Shown here: positions 33,916-45,025 of the stretch, one piece after another
Layout: each line of letters begins with the position of its first letter
Numbering within the stretch: the stretch's first letter is position 1
Source: Dehalococcoidia bacterium
GTDB lineage: Bacteria > Chloroflexota > Dehalococcoidia > GIF9 > UBA5629
Assembly (NCBI GenBank): GCA_034429855.1
Contig: DAOUFT010000111.1
Span: forward strand, 1 to 62,034
Reading direction: 5' to 3'
DNA: 62,034 nucleotides
Made by a program: the position numbers and the translations under genes
Notes under the pieces: model-generated
The model's database searches: none
What the model saw: the letters and a program-made list of their open reading frames with translations, nothing else
What the model was told of the DNA's origin: nothing

Positions 33916-36135
33916 ATGTCCCAAAGCTTTAAGTGTAATGTTGGGGACAGGGACCTTATCATCGAAAGCGGAAAACTTGCCCAGCAGGCAGACAGCGCTG
34001 TAGTGGTTCGGTATGGTGATACGGTTGTCCTTGTCACAGCATGTATCAGTGAAGAGGCCAAGGAAAATAGTGATTTTGTCCGGCTGACAGTCGATTACGA
34101 GGAACGGCATTACGCCGTAGGCAAGATACCCGGCAGCTTTCTAAGGCGGGAAGGTCGCCCGGGAGAGCAGGCTACGCTTGCGGCACGCCTATGCGATCGT
34201 TCGATACGCCCGCTTTTTCTGAAGAGCCTCCCCAATGATATTCAGGTAGTGGTCACCGTGCTTTCCACCGATCAGGAGAACGATCCGGACGTGCTGGCTG
34301 TTATCGGCGCTTCAGCCGCTCTGACGATATCAAGCATACCGTTTTACGGGCCCATTGGAGCAACCAGGGTAGGCTTCATCGATGGCAAAATGGTGTTGAA
34401 CCCATTGCTTCCACAGATGGCCGATAGTCAACTCGATCTCGTTGTTGCCAGCAGCCGCGATAATATCGTTATGGTTGAAGCCGGCTGCAGGGAAATCGAT
34501 GCGGCAATTTATATCGAGGCTCTCAGGATCGCTCATGAGGAGAACCAGAAGATAATCCGCCTGCAGGACGAATTACGTAAAGAAATTGGCAAGCCAAAGA
34601 GGGAGGTTGAGGGATTCAGCATCAATCCTGAACTGCTGGCCGCTGTCACATCGGATTACGGACAGAGAATAGCCGTCGCCTTGGACAGCCCGAGCAGAGA
34701 ACTGCGTCAATCGGAGCTCGAAGTTGTTCGGAAGGAAGCTGTCGAAAAACTGAGGGAGACTTACGCGGAAAACGAGATCAGCACAGCCATAGAGGAGGTA
34801 CTGAAGAAGACATGCAGGGCTAAGATACTGCGCGAACAGAAACATGTCGATGGACGTGAGCTCAAGCAGATACGCCCCCTCAACGCCGAAGTAGCCTTGC
34901 TGCCTCGCACTCATGGATCCGGGCTGTTCTCGCGTGGCCAGACCCAGGTACTGACTATAACCACGCTGGGCTCGCTGGGACAGGCAAAGACGGTAGATGA
35001 CCTGGGACTGGAGGACACCAAGCGCTTTATGCACCACTACAACTTCCCGCCCTATTCCACCGGTGAGGTTAAAAGAATGGGCTCGACGGGAAGACGAGAG
35101 ATCGGGCACGGCGCCCTGGCGGAGAAAGCATTGGTCGCAGTTATACCTGACGAAAAGGAATTCGCCTACACCATCCGCCTGGTATCGGAGGTGCTCAGCT
35201 CCAACGGCAGTACCTCCATGGGAAGTGTTTGTGCTTCGACTTTATCATTGATGGATGCCGGTGTGCCCATCAAGGCGCCGGTTGCCGGCATAGCCATGGG
35301 ACTGGTGACGGATAAGGACGATCCCGGTAAGTACGTTATCCTTACGGATATCGAGGGAATAGAGGATTTTTACGGCGACATGGACTATAAGGTGGCTGGT
35401 ACCGCCAATGGCATTACGGCCATCCAGCTTGACATCAAGCTGCGCGGCGTCACGCATGAGATTTTGGCAAAGGCAACTTTGCAGTCTCTTGAGGCGCACA
35501 AGGTGATACTGGATGTTTTAAAAGCTGCTATTCCGGAGGTGCGTCCCAACCTCAGCAAATATGCGCCGCGTATGTACAAGATAACTATCGACCCATCTAA
35601 AATCGGCGCGTTGATAGGTCCCGGAGGAAAGAACATCAAGGCCATTATCGAGGAGACCAAGACTACCATCGAGGTATCGAATGACGGCACGGTCATAGTC
35701 GGTTCGGCTAGCGAGGAATCTGCCCAGGCCGCAATACGCAAAGTTGAGGGCCTTACGCAGGACGTGGAAGTCGGCTCCATCTATACAGGAAAAGTGACAA
35801 GGATACAGAATTTTGGAGCGTTCGTTGAGGTACTGCCCGGCAAAGAAGGGCTGGTACATATAAGCGAGCTTGCCGACCACCATGTGGCGCGTGTAGAGGA
35901 CGTTGTCAAAATCGGTGATGAGATCATGGTCAAGGTGACTGAGATCGATCGATTGGGGCGGATCAATCTGTCGCGCAAAGCAGTATTTAACGAACCATCA
36001 GGCGATTCGACCGATAAGGCTTCAAAGGAAGGTGTACCTGTGCCTTCTAGAACAGGCGGTATGCCTCCGCGGCAGGGAATGCCTCCGCGGGGGCGAAGGG
36101 ATGAGCCGAGGGGTCATCCACGTAGGCCTAGATAA
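33916..36135 (+). CDS. pnp: polyribonucleotide nucleotidyltransferase (PNPase)
   Basis: 739 aa with two RNase PH domains, then KH and S1 domains (GKVTRIQNFGAFVEV) and an R/P-rich C-terminal tail. Confidence 0.96.
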   Translation: MSQSFKCNVGDRDLIIESGKLAQQADSAVVVRYGDTVVLVTACISEEAKENSDFVRLTVDYEERHYAVGKIPGSFLRREGRPGEQATLAARLCDRSIRPLFLKSLPNDIQVVVTVLSTDQENDPDVLAVIGASAALTISSIPFYGPIGATRVGFIDGKMVLNPLLPQMADSQLDLVVASSRDNIVMVEAGCREIDAAIYIEALRIAHEENQKIIRLQDELRKEIGKPKREVEGFSINPELLAAVTSDYGQRIAVALDSPSRELRQSELEVVRKEAVEKLRETYAENEISTAIEEVLKKTCRAKILREQKHVDGRELKQIRPLNAEVALLPRTHGSGLFSRGQTQVLTITTLGSLGQAKTVDDLGLEDTKRFMHHYNFPPYSTGEVKRMGSTGRREIGHGALAEKALVAVIPDEKEFAYTIRLVSEVLSSNGSTSMGSVCASTLSLMDAGVPIKAPVAGIAMGLVTDKDDPGKYVILTDIEGIEDFYGDMDYKVAGTANGITAIQLDIKLRGVTHEILAKATLQSLEAHKVILDVLKAAIPEVRPNLSKYAPRMYKITIDPSKIGALIGPGGKNIKAIIEETKTTIEVSNDGTVIVGSASEESAQAAIRKVEGLTQDVEVGSIYTGKVTRIQNFGAFVEVLPGKEGLVHISELADHHVARVEDVVKIGDEIMVKVTEIDRLGRINLSRKAVFNEPSGDSTDKASKEGVPVPSRTGGMPPRQGMPPRGRRDEPRGHPRRPR

Positions 36136-36175
36136 ACCGATATAGGCCAGTGCCGGAATGGTAGAGGATAGTGAG

Positions 36176-36979
36176 ATGTCTAAAATTAAAGTAGCGGTGA
36201 ATGGGGCATTAGGCAGGATGGGGCAGCAGGTAGTCAATGCTGTGATCGCGGATGCGGCACTGGAATTGACCGGTGCTGCTGATATCAAGGCGGACCGGGA
36301 CCATTTGATATTGCCCGGATTGGCGAAGAAAGTGCCCCTGCATACGAATTTGACATCGCTCATCGAGATGTACCATCCGCAGGTAGTGGTCGATTTCACG
36401 GTGCCTGAAGCAGCCCTGAGCTCTGCCAGGCTGGCGCTTAAGAACGGCGCAAACTTGGTGATGGGTACGACGGGCTTGAGTGAAGCTAATCTCAAGGAGA
36501 TAGACAGGCTGGCCCATGACCATAAGCGAGGCGCAGTAGTGGCGCCCAATTTTGCCGTCGGCGCTGTGGTTATGATTCACCTGGCCAAGGTGGCATCACG
36601 GTATTTCGACAACGCCGAGATTATTGAGCTCCATCACGATCGGAAGCTCGACGCACCTTCAGGGACCGCCCTGGCGACAGCCCGTGCTATGCTGAACGTG
36701 CACGGTAAACCGTTCGGAAGCCCTGTAACGGAAAAAGAGACTTTGAAAGGGACGCGTGGCGGCCAGACTGATGGCATATCCATTCACAGCGTCAGACTGC
36801 CCGGTCTCGTTGCCAGTCAGGAAGTCATATTCGGCGCACTTGGACAGACACTGACCATCAGACACGATACTATCAGCAGGGAAAGTTTTATGCCGGGCGT
36901 GATCTTGGCAATCAAGGAGGTAGTCAAACGCACCGGCCTTGTATATGGCCTGGATGTACTGCTAAATTTGGGAGACTGA
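36176..36979 (+). CDS. dapB: 4-hydroxy-tetrahydrodipicolinate reductase
   Basis: ATG 36176 (GAGGA 7 nt upstream) gives MSKIKVAVNGALGRMG, 267 aa. E(L)HH..K.DAPSGTA motif present. Confidence 0.92.
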   Translation: MSKIKVAVNGALGRMGQQVVNAVIADAALELTGAADIKADRDHLILPGLAKKVPLHTNLTSLIEMYHPQVVVDFTVPEAALSSARLALKNGANLVMGTTGLSEANLKEIDRLAHDHKRGAVVAPNFAVGAVVMIHLAKVASRYFDNAEIIELHHDRKLDAPSGTALATARAMLNVHGKPFGSPVTEKETLKGTRGGQTDGISIHSVRLPGLVASQEVIFGALGQTLTIRHDTISRESFMPGVILAIKEVVKRTGLVYGLDVLLNLGD

Positions 36980-36980
36980 T

Positions 36981-38027
36981 ATGAACAACAGTAATAACGG
37001 GTATCACGTAGCTATAGTAGGTGCCACCGGAATGGTGGGGCAGGAATTCATCAAAGTGCTGCTTCAGCGCAAATTTCCGGTAGCCTCATTGCAGCTATAT
37101 GCCTCCGACCGATCGGCCGGGAGGAAGGTTTATGCCGGGCACCAGGAGATGATAGTCAGGGAAACCGCTACCGACTCATTCGATAATATCGACATCGCGC
37201 TTTTTTCAGCCGGGTCCGAAATAAGCAAACATTTCGCACCTCTGGCGGCTAAGGCAGGAGCGCTGGTCATCGATAACAGCGCAGCCTGGCGTATGGACAC
37301 CCGTGTTCCTCTGGTGGTTCCGGAGGTTAATAGCGAGGATATAAAAAAACACCGGGGCATCATAGCCAATCCGAATTGCTCGACCATCCAGCTGGTGGTG
37401 GCCCTCAATCCTTTGCACAAGGTTAATCCTATCAAACGCGTGACTGTGGCAACCTACCAGTCGGTTTCAGGGACTGGCATTGCCGCCGTTGAGGAATTGA
37501 CCAAGCAGGCCAAGGTAGTGCTGGATGGCGGCAATGTCGTTCCGCACGTCTATGCTCACCAGATTGCCTTTAACCTGTTGCCGGAGATCGATGTATTTCT
37601 GGATAACGGCTATACCAAGGAAGAGTGGAAGATGGTCGAAGAGACCAGGAAGATAATGCATGCGGAGAGCATGGCCATATCAGCTACCTGCGTGCGCGTA
37701 CCGGTTTTCATCAGCCATAGTGAAGCCATTCAGGTGGAATTCACCGAATACATGTCGCCGGAGGATGCCCGCTCGATTTTGAGCAAGGCACCAGGTGTGA
37801 AAGTACTTGACGATCCCAACGTGAGCCTGTACCCGCAGCCTTGGCTGGCGGCCGGCACCGATGACGTCTATGTGGGAAGAATAAGATCGGACGCATCCTT
37901 GCTTAACGGCCTGGTCCTGTGGGTCGTGGCAGACAATATTCGCAAGGGCGCTGCCCTCAATGCCGTCCAGATAGCTGAAGAGGCCATCAGGAACGGCTGG
38001 GTTAAAAGTCAAAGCAATAATAAGTAG
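36981..38027 (+). CDS. asd: aspartate-semialdehyde dehydrogenase
   Basis: 348 aa with GATGMVGQ NAD(P) motif and active-site NPNCSTI. Confidence 0.94.
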   Translation: MNNSNNGYHVAIVGATGMVGQEFIKVLLQRKFPVASLQLYASDRSAGRKVYAGHQEMIVRETATDSFDNIDIALFSAGSEISKHFAPLAAKAGALVIDNSAAWRMDTRVPLVVPEVNSEDIKKHRGIIANPNCSTIQLVVALNPLHKVNPIKRVTVATYQSVSGTGIAAVEELTKQAKVVLDGGNVVPHVYAHQIAFNLLPEIDVFLDNGYTKEEWKMVEETRKIMHAESMAISATCVRVPVFISHSEAIQVEFTEYMSPEDARSILSKAPGVKVLDDPNVSLYPQPWLAAGTDDVYVGRIRSDASLLNGLVLWVVADNIRKGAALNAVQIAEEAIRNGWVKSQSNNK

Positions 38028-38042
38028 CCGGCGGAGGATGAG

Positions 38043-38936
38043 ATGAAGCAGTTCGGACGTTTGCTGACAGCTATGGTCACACCCTTCAATGCCAGGGGTC
38101 AGGTTGATTATGCACAGGCAAAGAAGCTGGCACAGGCTCTGCTCAAATCCGGCAGCGACGGTCTGGTAGTTTCCGGCACCACAGGCGAAAGCCCCACTCT
38201 CACCTTTCAGGAAAAGATCAGGCTGTTTGCTGAGATCAGGGCGGTTGCAGGTAAGCAGGCCACGATCGTGGCGGGTACGGGCAACTATAATACACAGGAG
38301 AGCATCGAGCTAACTCATGAGGCCGAGAAAATAAAGGTGGATGCCTGCCTGCTGACCGTACCGTACTATAATAAACCCAACCAGGATGGTCTCTATCAGC
38401 ACTTCAAGGCTATCGCGGACTCAACTAGCCTGCCCTGTATTGTGTATAACGTGCCCTCCCGTACTATTACCAACCTAAATGCCGATACGACTATAAAATT
38501 GAGCAAGATAGACAATATAGTCGGTATCAAAGAGGCCAGCGCCGATCTCGGTCAAATAGCACGCATCATCGATGGAACGAGCAGTGATTTCATGGTATAT
38601 AGCGGCAACGACGCCGATACCTTTCCCATTCTGAACCTGGGCGGCTATGGAGTTATAGGTGTGATCACGCACCTGGTGGGCATCCAATACAAGAAAATGA
38701 TGGACCTTTGCTTGGCCGGTAAAATTAAGGAATCGGCCAGGCTGCACCGCAGTTTTATACCTTTGGTGAACACTATGTTCATGATAGGCAGCCCTATGCC
38801 CATTAAATATGCATTGAACTACCTCGGATTCAGGGTGGGCAAACCGCGCCTGCCGCTGGTGGTACCCGACGAAAAAACGCGTGCCGCCATCGAGCAAATA
38901 CTGAAAAGGTACACTATCGACTTGCCGCTTAAATAA
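38043..38936 (+). CDS. dapA: 4-hydroxy-tetrahydrodipicolinate synthase
   Basis: 297 aa, GTTGESPTLT and YNVPSRT motifs, plus the Schiff-base Lys context (GIKEAS). Confidence 0.94.
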   Translation: MKQFGRLLTAMVTPFNARGQVDYAQAKKLAQALLKSGSDGLVVSGTTGESPTLTFQEKIRLFAEIRAVAGKQATIVAGTGNYNTQESIELTHEAEKIKVDACLLTVPYYNKPNQDGLYQHFKAIADSTSLPCIVYNVPSRTITNLNADTTIKLSKIDNIVGIKEASADLGQIARIIDGTSSDFMVYSGNDADTFPILNLGGYGVIGVITHLVGIQYKKMMDLCLAGKIKESARLHRSFIPLVNTMFMIGSPMPIKYALNYLGFRVGKPRLPLVVPDEKTRAAIEQILKRYTIDLPLK

Positions 38937-38979
38937 GATCACTACATTCTGGGAACGCTGCCACACACATATTTGCTAT

Positions 38980-39450
38980 TCAGGGCCAGGGGTAATGTGA
39001 TTTACGCCTGGAGACCCACCTGTCCATCCCCTCGGTCTTGATTAGCTCAAGGTGACAAGCTAGATTGGGATGGAATTCCAGCAGCGGCTCAAGGTGCCGG
39101 CAAGCCTTGTGTTCATCGCAGTCCCAACAGCCGGCCAGCCCTTTCTTAATGGCGCAATTTCTGACCGGACAACGATCTCCCTTCCAGTCACCTCCGTCTC
39201 TGCATATGGACTGGCACTCCAATCCGCGTATGGCGTGAAGAACGTCGATAAAACGTTGATAGTCCTTAAAAACCGCATTCGATTGGGACCAGTAGGTCTG
39301 TCCGGATTTCAATTTGGCGTATCTGTCGAAATTCAACTCGGACAGAACAGTCTCGAGGCGTGCTGCAAGATTAAAAAGGTCGGTTTGCGAAGGGATACAA
39401 TCTCTGCAGTAAAGGCCGCAGTAGGACGTCAGCCTTCTGTCGTCAGTCAT
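38980..39450 (-). CDS. DUF3795-like cysteine-rich protein
   Basis: 156 aa. CGLYCRDC at the N-terminus plus further Cys pairs (CPVRNC, CWDCDEHKAC). The family call is from memory. Starts 6 nt after the purA stop. Confidence 0.65.
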   Translation of the reverse strand: MTDDRRLTSYCGLYCRDCIPSQTDLFNLAARLETVLSELNFDRYAKLKSGQTYWSQSNAVFKDYQRFIDVLHAIRGLECQSICRDGGDWKGDRCPVRNCAIKKGLAGCWDCDEHKACRHLEPLLEFHPNLACHLELIKTEGMDRWVSRRKSHYPWP

Positions 39451-39456
39451 AGCGCC

Positions 39457-40773
<1,317 letters not shown>

Positions 40774-40804
40774 TCAATCACAAAAATTCGGGAAACCGCA
40801 ATAA

Positions 40805-41026
40805 TCAACCCCGGGACATATAGCTCTTGCCCCAGAAATGGAGAAGGGTGCCGCCTGCGAAAATCAGCACGACAAGGCCTGTGAGTATGGTGAGAACTAC
40901 CAGCAGGGGCATATCCACGTTTATCCAGCGGATGCCTATCGCTGCCAGGCCGATACCGCCAATAATCCATGCAAACCTCAGCACAGCCAGAGAAGTGAGG
41001 CTCACCTCGAATACACGGTCGCTCAT
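40805..41026 (-). CDS. small hypothetical membrane protein (two predicted TM helices)
   Basis: 73-aa ORF starting 12 nt after the stop of the CDP-alcohol phosphatidyltransferase gene. Has two hydrophobic stretches. Weak SD, and overlapping alternative ORFs exist on both strands. Confidence 0.4.
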   Translation of the reverse strand: MSDRVFEVSLTSLAVLRFAWIIGGIGLAAIGIRWINVDMPLLVVLTILTGLVVLIFAGGTLLHFWGKSYMSRG

Positions 41027-41038
41027 AGCTTCGACCTA

Positions 41039-41650
41039 TTAATGCGAACTCCTTTTATTTTTTGCCTGCCGCCAGACATGCACAAAACGCTGTCCGCCGG
41101 TCACAAAAGAAAGGACTACTACTATGGCCAGTGCTATGAACACCTGGTTGAGGAGCAGCCCGAGCGCTAATATTATAACCCGCTCTACACGAGTAAACAA
41201 GCCGACCGTACAATCAATTTCAAGTCCCTCGGCTCTGGCTCTGATGTAACTGGTAAGAAACGACCCGATCATGGCAAGGAAGATGAGTACGAGCTGTAAG
41301 GTGACATTAAAAGGCCAGAAAGCAGTGCCTGTGATAAAAATGAAGCTCAAGAACATCGCCCCTTCCGTGATCCTGTCGACTGTAGAATCGAAGAGAGCTC
41401 CGAAACTGGTGGTCTTCTGCATATACCGGGCAAGCGCGCCATCCAGCAGATCGAACAGGCCTGCCAGTAGGAATATGAGTGCACCTGCCACAAGATAGCC
41501 AAAACCTACAACCACAGCGGCCACTAGGTTTATTACCAGTCCGATGGTGGTCATTATATCTGGCGTTAGCTTCAGTTTGCTGATGAGTGGCACCAACGGA
41601 TCGGTGATCAGGCGGCCGGCCTTTCTGCGCAATTCTTGGAAACTCGACAC
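41039..41650 (-). CDS. CDP-alcohol phosphatidyltransferase (candidate phosphatidylinositol-phosphate synthase)
   Basis: 203 aa polytopic protein with signature D-x2-DG-x2-AR-x8-G-x3-D-x3-D (DLLDGALARYMQKTTSFGALFDSTVDR). The context with ino1 suggests an inositol-phosphate acceptor. Confidence 0.8.
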   Translation of the reverse strand: MSSFQELRRKAGRLITDPLVPLISKLKLTPDIMTTIGLVINLVAAVVVGFGYLVAGALIFLLAGLFDLLDGALARYMQKTTSFGALFDSTVDRITEGAMFLSFIFITGTAFWPFNVTLQLVLIFLAMIGSFLTSYIRARAEGLEIDCTVGLFTRVERVIILALGLLLNQVFIALAIVVVLSFVTGGQRFVHVWRQAKNKRSSH

Positions 41651-41654
41651 TTCG

Positions 41655-42779
41655 TTATCCTATTGAATTCGAGGAGATGGAGGTGTAAAAATCGACGACC
41701 TGTCGGCTGACTTTTTCCCAGCAGTATTTATCAGCCGTGGCCACTCCCCTCTCCGCCATTGATAATCTTAGTTGCCTATCATTCAGCAGTTTCAATAAAC
41801 AATCAGCCACTGACCGCGGATTATGCGGCTTTGCCAGCAAACCCTCCTGTCCATGTGTGAGCACGCTGGCGTAGCCCGGAATGCTTGTTGCCACCACCGG
41901 TGTACCGCTCGCCATCGCCTCTATTAAAACCATGCCGAAGCTTTCGCCTCCCGTGGCCGGAGCGCAAAAAATATCGGCCGTGCGATAATATTTGGGTAGA
42001 TCATCGAACGTGATATAGTGTGTAAATACTGCGCGGTCATCCAGAAGCATCTTTGCCATGGTCTTGTACTGAAAGCGCAGCATGAGGCCGGGTCCAGCGA
42101 TAATGAGCCGGAAATTGGGGAAGTCCTTCTTGACAAGTGAACAGGCCCTGATCAGGTCGCCCACTCCCTTTCGCTCCTCCAACCTGCCTACAAAAAGTAT
42201 ATTAAGCTTGCCGTCCTTGAATTGCGGGATGGTAGGTCCATCGGGACGGAAATGATGTATATCCACTCCGTTGGGAATTATGCGGTAATCTGCCGGCAGA
42301 TATTTTGATATGTAATCATGAGCCGGTTTTGAGACAGCTATCTTTCCGTGCAGCTTGGCTCCAAGTTTGCGCATGGTGGGGCGGTTCAGCCAATAGATGC
42401 TGGACTTTTCATGGCATGCATGAAAAGTGCCTACGTTGATGGAGTTGGATTCAATCAGGGTGCTGAGACACAGCATGGGGATAAAGGGTTCGTGTAGGTG
42501 GATAATATCGAACTCTTCCCTGTCCAACACGCGCCTCACCTGGTACGGCAACCAGGGAGAGAGCGCTATGCGTGCGGTGGTTCCCCCATATGGAATAGGT
42601 ATGGGGCGTCCCACAGGCGTGACTTCTTCATCGAAGTAACGCACACTCTTCCGTCGCACTGGGGCAATTATCTTCACATTATGGCCCATTAGATTGAAAT
42701 GGTGAGCCAGGTATGATATGTGGTAGATAACGCCGCCGGGATGAGAGTAATCGTATGGCGAAACAAGCCCGATTTTCAT
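41655..42779 (-). CDS. pimA: GT4 glycosyltransferase, PimA-like (phosphatidylinositol alpha-mannosyltransferase candidate)
   Basis: 374 aa. MKIGLVSPYDYSHPGGV, IPIPYGGTTARI, DIIHLHEP and ADIFCAPATGGESFGMVLIEAMASGTPVVA align well with M. tuberculosis PimA as I recall it. Confidence 0.72.
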   Translation of the reverse strand: MKIGLVSPYDYSHPGGVIYHISYLAHHFNLMGHNVKIIAPVRRKSVRYFDEEVTPVGRPIPIPYGGTTARIALSPWLPYQVRRVLDREEFDIIHLHEPFIPMLCLSTLIESNSINVGTFHACHEKSSIYWLNRPTMRKLGAKLHGKIAVSKPAHDYISKYLPADYRIIPNGVDIHHFRPDGPTIPQFKDGKLNILFVGRLEERKGVGDLIRACSLVKKDFPNFRLIIAGPGLMLRFQYKTMAKMLLDDRAVFTHYITFDDLPKYYRTADIFCAPATGGESFGMVLIEAMASGTPVVATSIPGYASVLTHGQEGLLAKPHNPRSVADCLLKLLNDRQLRLSMAERGVATADKYCWEKVSRQVVDFYTSISSNSIG

Positions 42780-42833
42780 TATACTGCCATCAGAGAGCCC
42801 TTCCGTTGGTCTTCTTTTCAGTTATTGCTCTGC

Positions 42834-43940
42834 TTACGCTGAATCCGGCAGACAAATCGGCTTATGCTGTCCCTGCCCGCTGATAAATTGCTCCACGCGC
42901 CTTCGTGCTTCGTCGTCTGAATATTGGATAGGCGGTGATTTCATAAAATAGGAGCTGGGCGCAACGATGGCTCCGGACAGGCCGCGGTCTCTGGCTATTT
43001 TAAGACAGCGAATAGCGTCGATGACCACACCTGCGGAGTTTGGACTGTCCCACACCTCGAGCTTGCATTCAAGGTTCAGAGGTACATCTCCGAAAGTTCG
43101 TCCCTCCATTCTGATGTGGCAGAACTTGCGATCGAGCAGCCAGGGGACATAATCACTGGGGCCGACGTGTATATTATCTGGATTTATTTCATAGTCTATC
43201 TGGGATGTTACGGCGTTGGTCTTGGAGATTTTCTTGGACTCCAGGCGCTCTCGCTCCAGCATGTTATAGAAGTCGGTGTTGCCTCCGAAATTAAGCTGGT
43301 AAGTGCGCTCGAGCTTGACTCCTCGATCCCGGAAAAGACGTGTGAGAACGCGATGAACTATTGTGGCGCCTACCTGCGATTTGATATCGTCACCGATAAC
43401 CGGTAGGCCAGCCTCATGAAAGCGGTTGTGCCAGTAAGGTTCCCTGGCGATGAACACCGGTATGCAGTTGACCAGTGCAACGCCTGCATTAAGAAGCTGC
43501 TCTACATACCATTTGGTGGCCTCTTCGCTGCCGACCGGCAGGTAGTTGATGGCGACATCAGCTTTGACCTCTTTCAATATGCTGACGATATTAGCAGTGG
43601 GGCCAGGCGCCTTCTCGATAATTTTGCCCAGGTATTTACCCAGGCCGTCATGAGTCATGCCGCGTACCACCTTAACGCCAGTGGTGGGTACGTCACAGAA
43701 TTTATATGTGTTATTGGGCTCGGTGAAAATGGCCTCGGCCAAATCTTTGCCCACCTTGTTGCGGTCGATATCAATTGCCGCTACGAAGTTGATATCCTTG
43801 ATGTGATAGCCTCCGAGGTTGATGTGCATTAAGCCCGGCACGAATTCATCGTCCTTGGCTTTCTTGTAATAATGCACCCCCTGAACGAAGGAGGAGGCAC
43901 AATTGCCGACTCCAATAATGGCTACGTTTATTTTTCCCAT
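42834..43940 (-). CDS. ino1: myo-inositol-1-phosphate synthase
   Basis: 368 aa with NAD-binding N-terminus ([19 protein letters not shown]). Length and sequence are typical of the bacterial/archaeal MIPS family. Confidence 0.85.
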   Translation of the reverse strand: MGKINVAIIGVGNCASSFVQGVHYYKKAKDDEFVPGLMHINLGGYHIKDINFVAAIDIDRNKVGKDLAEAIFTEPNNTYKFCDVPTTGVKVVRGMTHDGLGKYLGKIIEKAPGPTANIVSILKEVKADVAINYLPVGSEEATKWYVEQLLNAGVALVNCIPVFIAREPYWHNRFHEAGLPVIGDDIKSQVGATIVHRVLTRLFRDRGVKLERTYQLNFGGNTDFYNMLERERLESKKISKTNAVTSQIDYEINPDNIHVGPSDYVPWLLDRKFCHIRMEGRTFGDVPLNLECKLEVWDSPNSAGVVIDAIRCLKIARDRGLSGAIVAPSSYFMKSPPIQYSDDEARRRVEQFISGQGQHKPICLPDSA

Positions 43941-43973
43941 ATGGTTAACTCCTTATCGGCTCAGGCAGCAAGC

Positions 43974-44960
43974 TTATTTGCCGTCCTGGCCACTATCTTT
44001 AAGCATCTCTTTAATGATCTGGCGCGGTCTTACAAGCCACATCGGAATTTTGGACTCGTGGAGTATCTTGTCCGCAACACTGCCCAGTACCCAGCGAGCG
44101 ATACCACTCCTGCCATGAGTGGACATAGCAATAAGGTCGGCCTTTTCCTCCCTCGCCACTTCGATTATCTTGCCCGCGGGATCGCCCGACACGATCCTGA
44201 TCTGCACATCGATATCCTTGGCGCACAGCCGCGCTTCGACTTTCTCGAGATATCTCTGGCCAGCGTCGCGCATGGCTTTTACGAACTCGCTGAATTCGGG
44301 CCCCAGCCAGCGTGCCTCGATGGCATGCGGTTCCGGCAGCACGTGCACCAGAACTATGGATGCGCCGGTTTTTAAAGCTATGGCTTCGGCATCATGCATT
44401 GCCGCCCCGCCCGTCTCAGATCCATCAAGGGGCGCCAGGATACGTTTGAATGTTGCCTTTCTGTCCCTGTCCATTTCCCTAACCTGTTTGCTGTATATTC
44501 CCAGCACAGGTACGGTGGCTCGTGAGACCACCTTTTCAAATACACTGCCCAGCCACCACCGGCGAAGGCCGCTGATCCCATGCGTAGCCATGATGACAAG
44601 GTTGACATGATGATCACGTGAATAAGCGAGGATGGTTTCCGGCGGACCGCCGTAGAGAATCTGTCCCCTGGCTTTTATCTGATTTGGCTTGGCGGTGACT
44701 TCTGTGTAATCAAGCAAATTCTGATGCGAGTCGCTATATAGAAGCACAGCCCTGCATGTTATCTCGTCCTGCTGGAGATGATCGACTGCTTGGCGCACAT
44801 AGTTGTCCAATAGCTGATTGACTCTTCGTCTTTTGCTGCCCAGCCCGACTCCCAGGATATCAACCTCCGAGTCAAATCTGATGGCAATGTCCCTGACATA
44901 TGGCAGTACGGTCTCCGCCTCGGTGGAACCATCGAGTGGGACCAGTATTTTTTTTAACAT
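43974..44960 (-). CDS. universal stress protein, tandem Usp domains
   Basis: 328 aa. MLKKILVPLDGS is repeated as KRILAPLDGS in the second half. G-x2-G-x9-GS-like ATP motifs (GISGLRRWWLGSV, GRSGIARWVLGSV). Confidence 0.85.
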   Translation of the reverse strand: MLKKILVPLDGSTEAETVLPYVRDIAIRFDSEVDILGVGLGSKRRRVNQLLDNYVRQAVDHLQQDEITCRAVLLYSDSHQNLLDYTEVTAKPNQIKARGQILYGGPPETILAYSRDHHVNLVIMATHGISGLRRWWLGSVFEKVVSRATVPVLGIYSKQVREMDRDRKATFKRILAPLDGSETGGAAMHDAEAIALKTGASIVLVHVLPEPHAIEARWLGPEFSEFVKAMRDAGQRYLEKVEARLCAKDIDVQIRIVSGDPAGKIIEVAREEKADLIAMSTHGRSGIARWVLGSVADKILHESKIPMWLVRPRQIIKEMLKDSGQDGK

Positions 44961-45025
44961 TTCCGCTGAAAATCCGCTTTATTATATCAGATTATTATAG
45001 TGTTCTTGAATTACGCGAGATTTTT

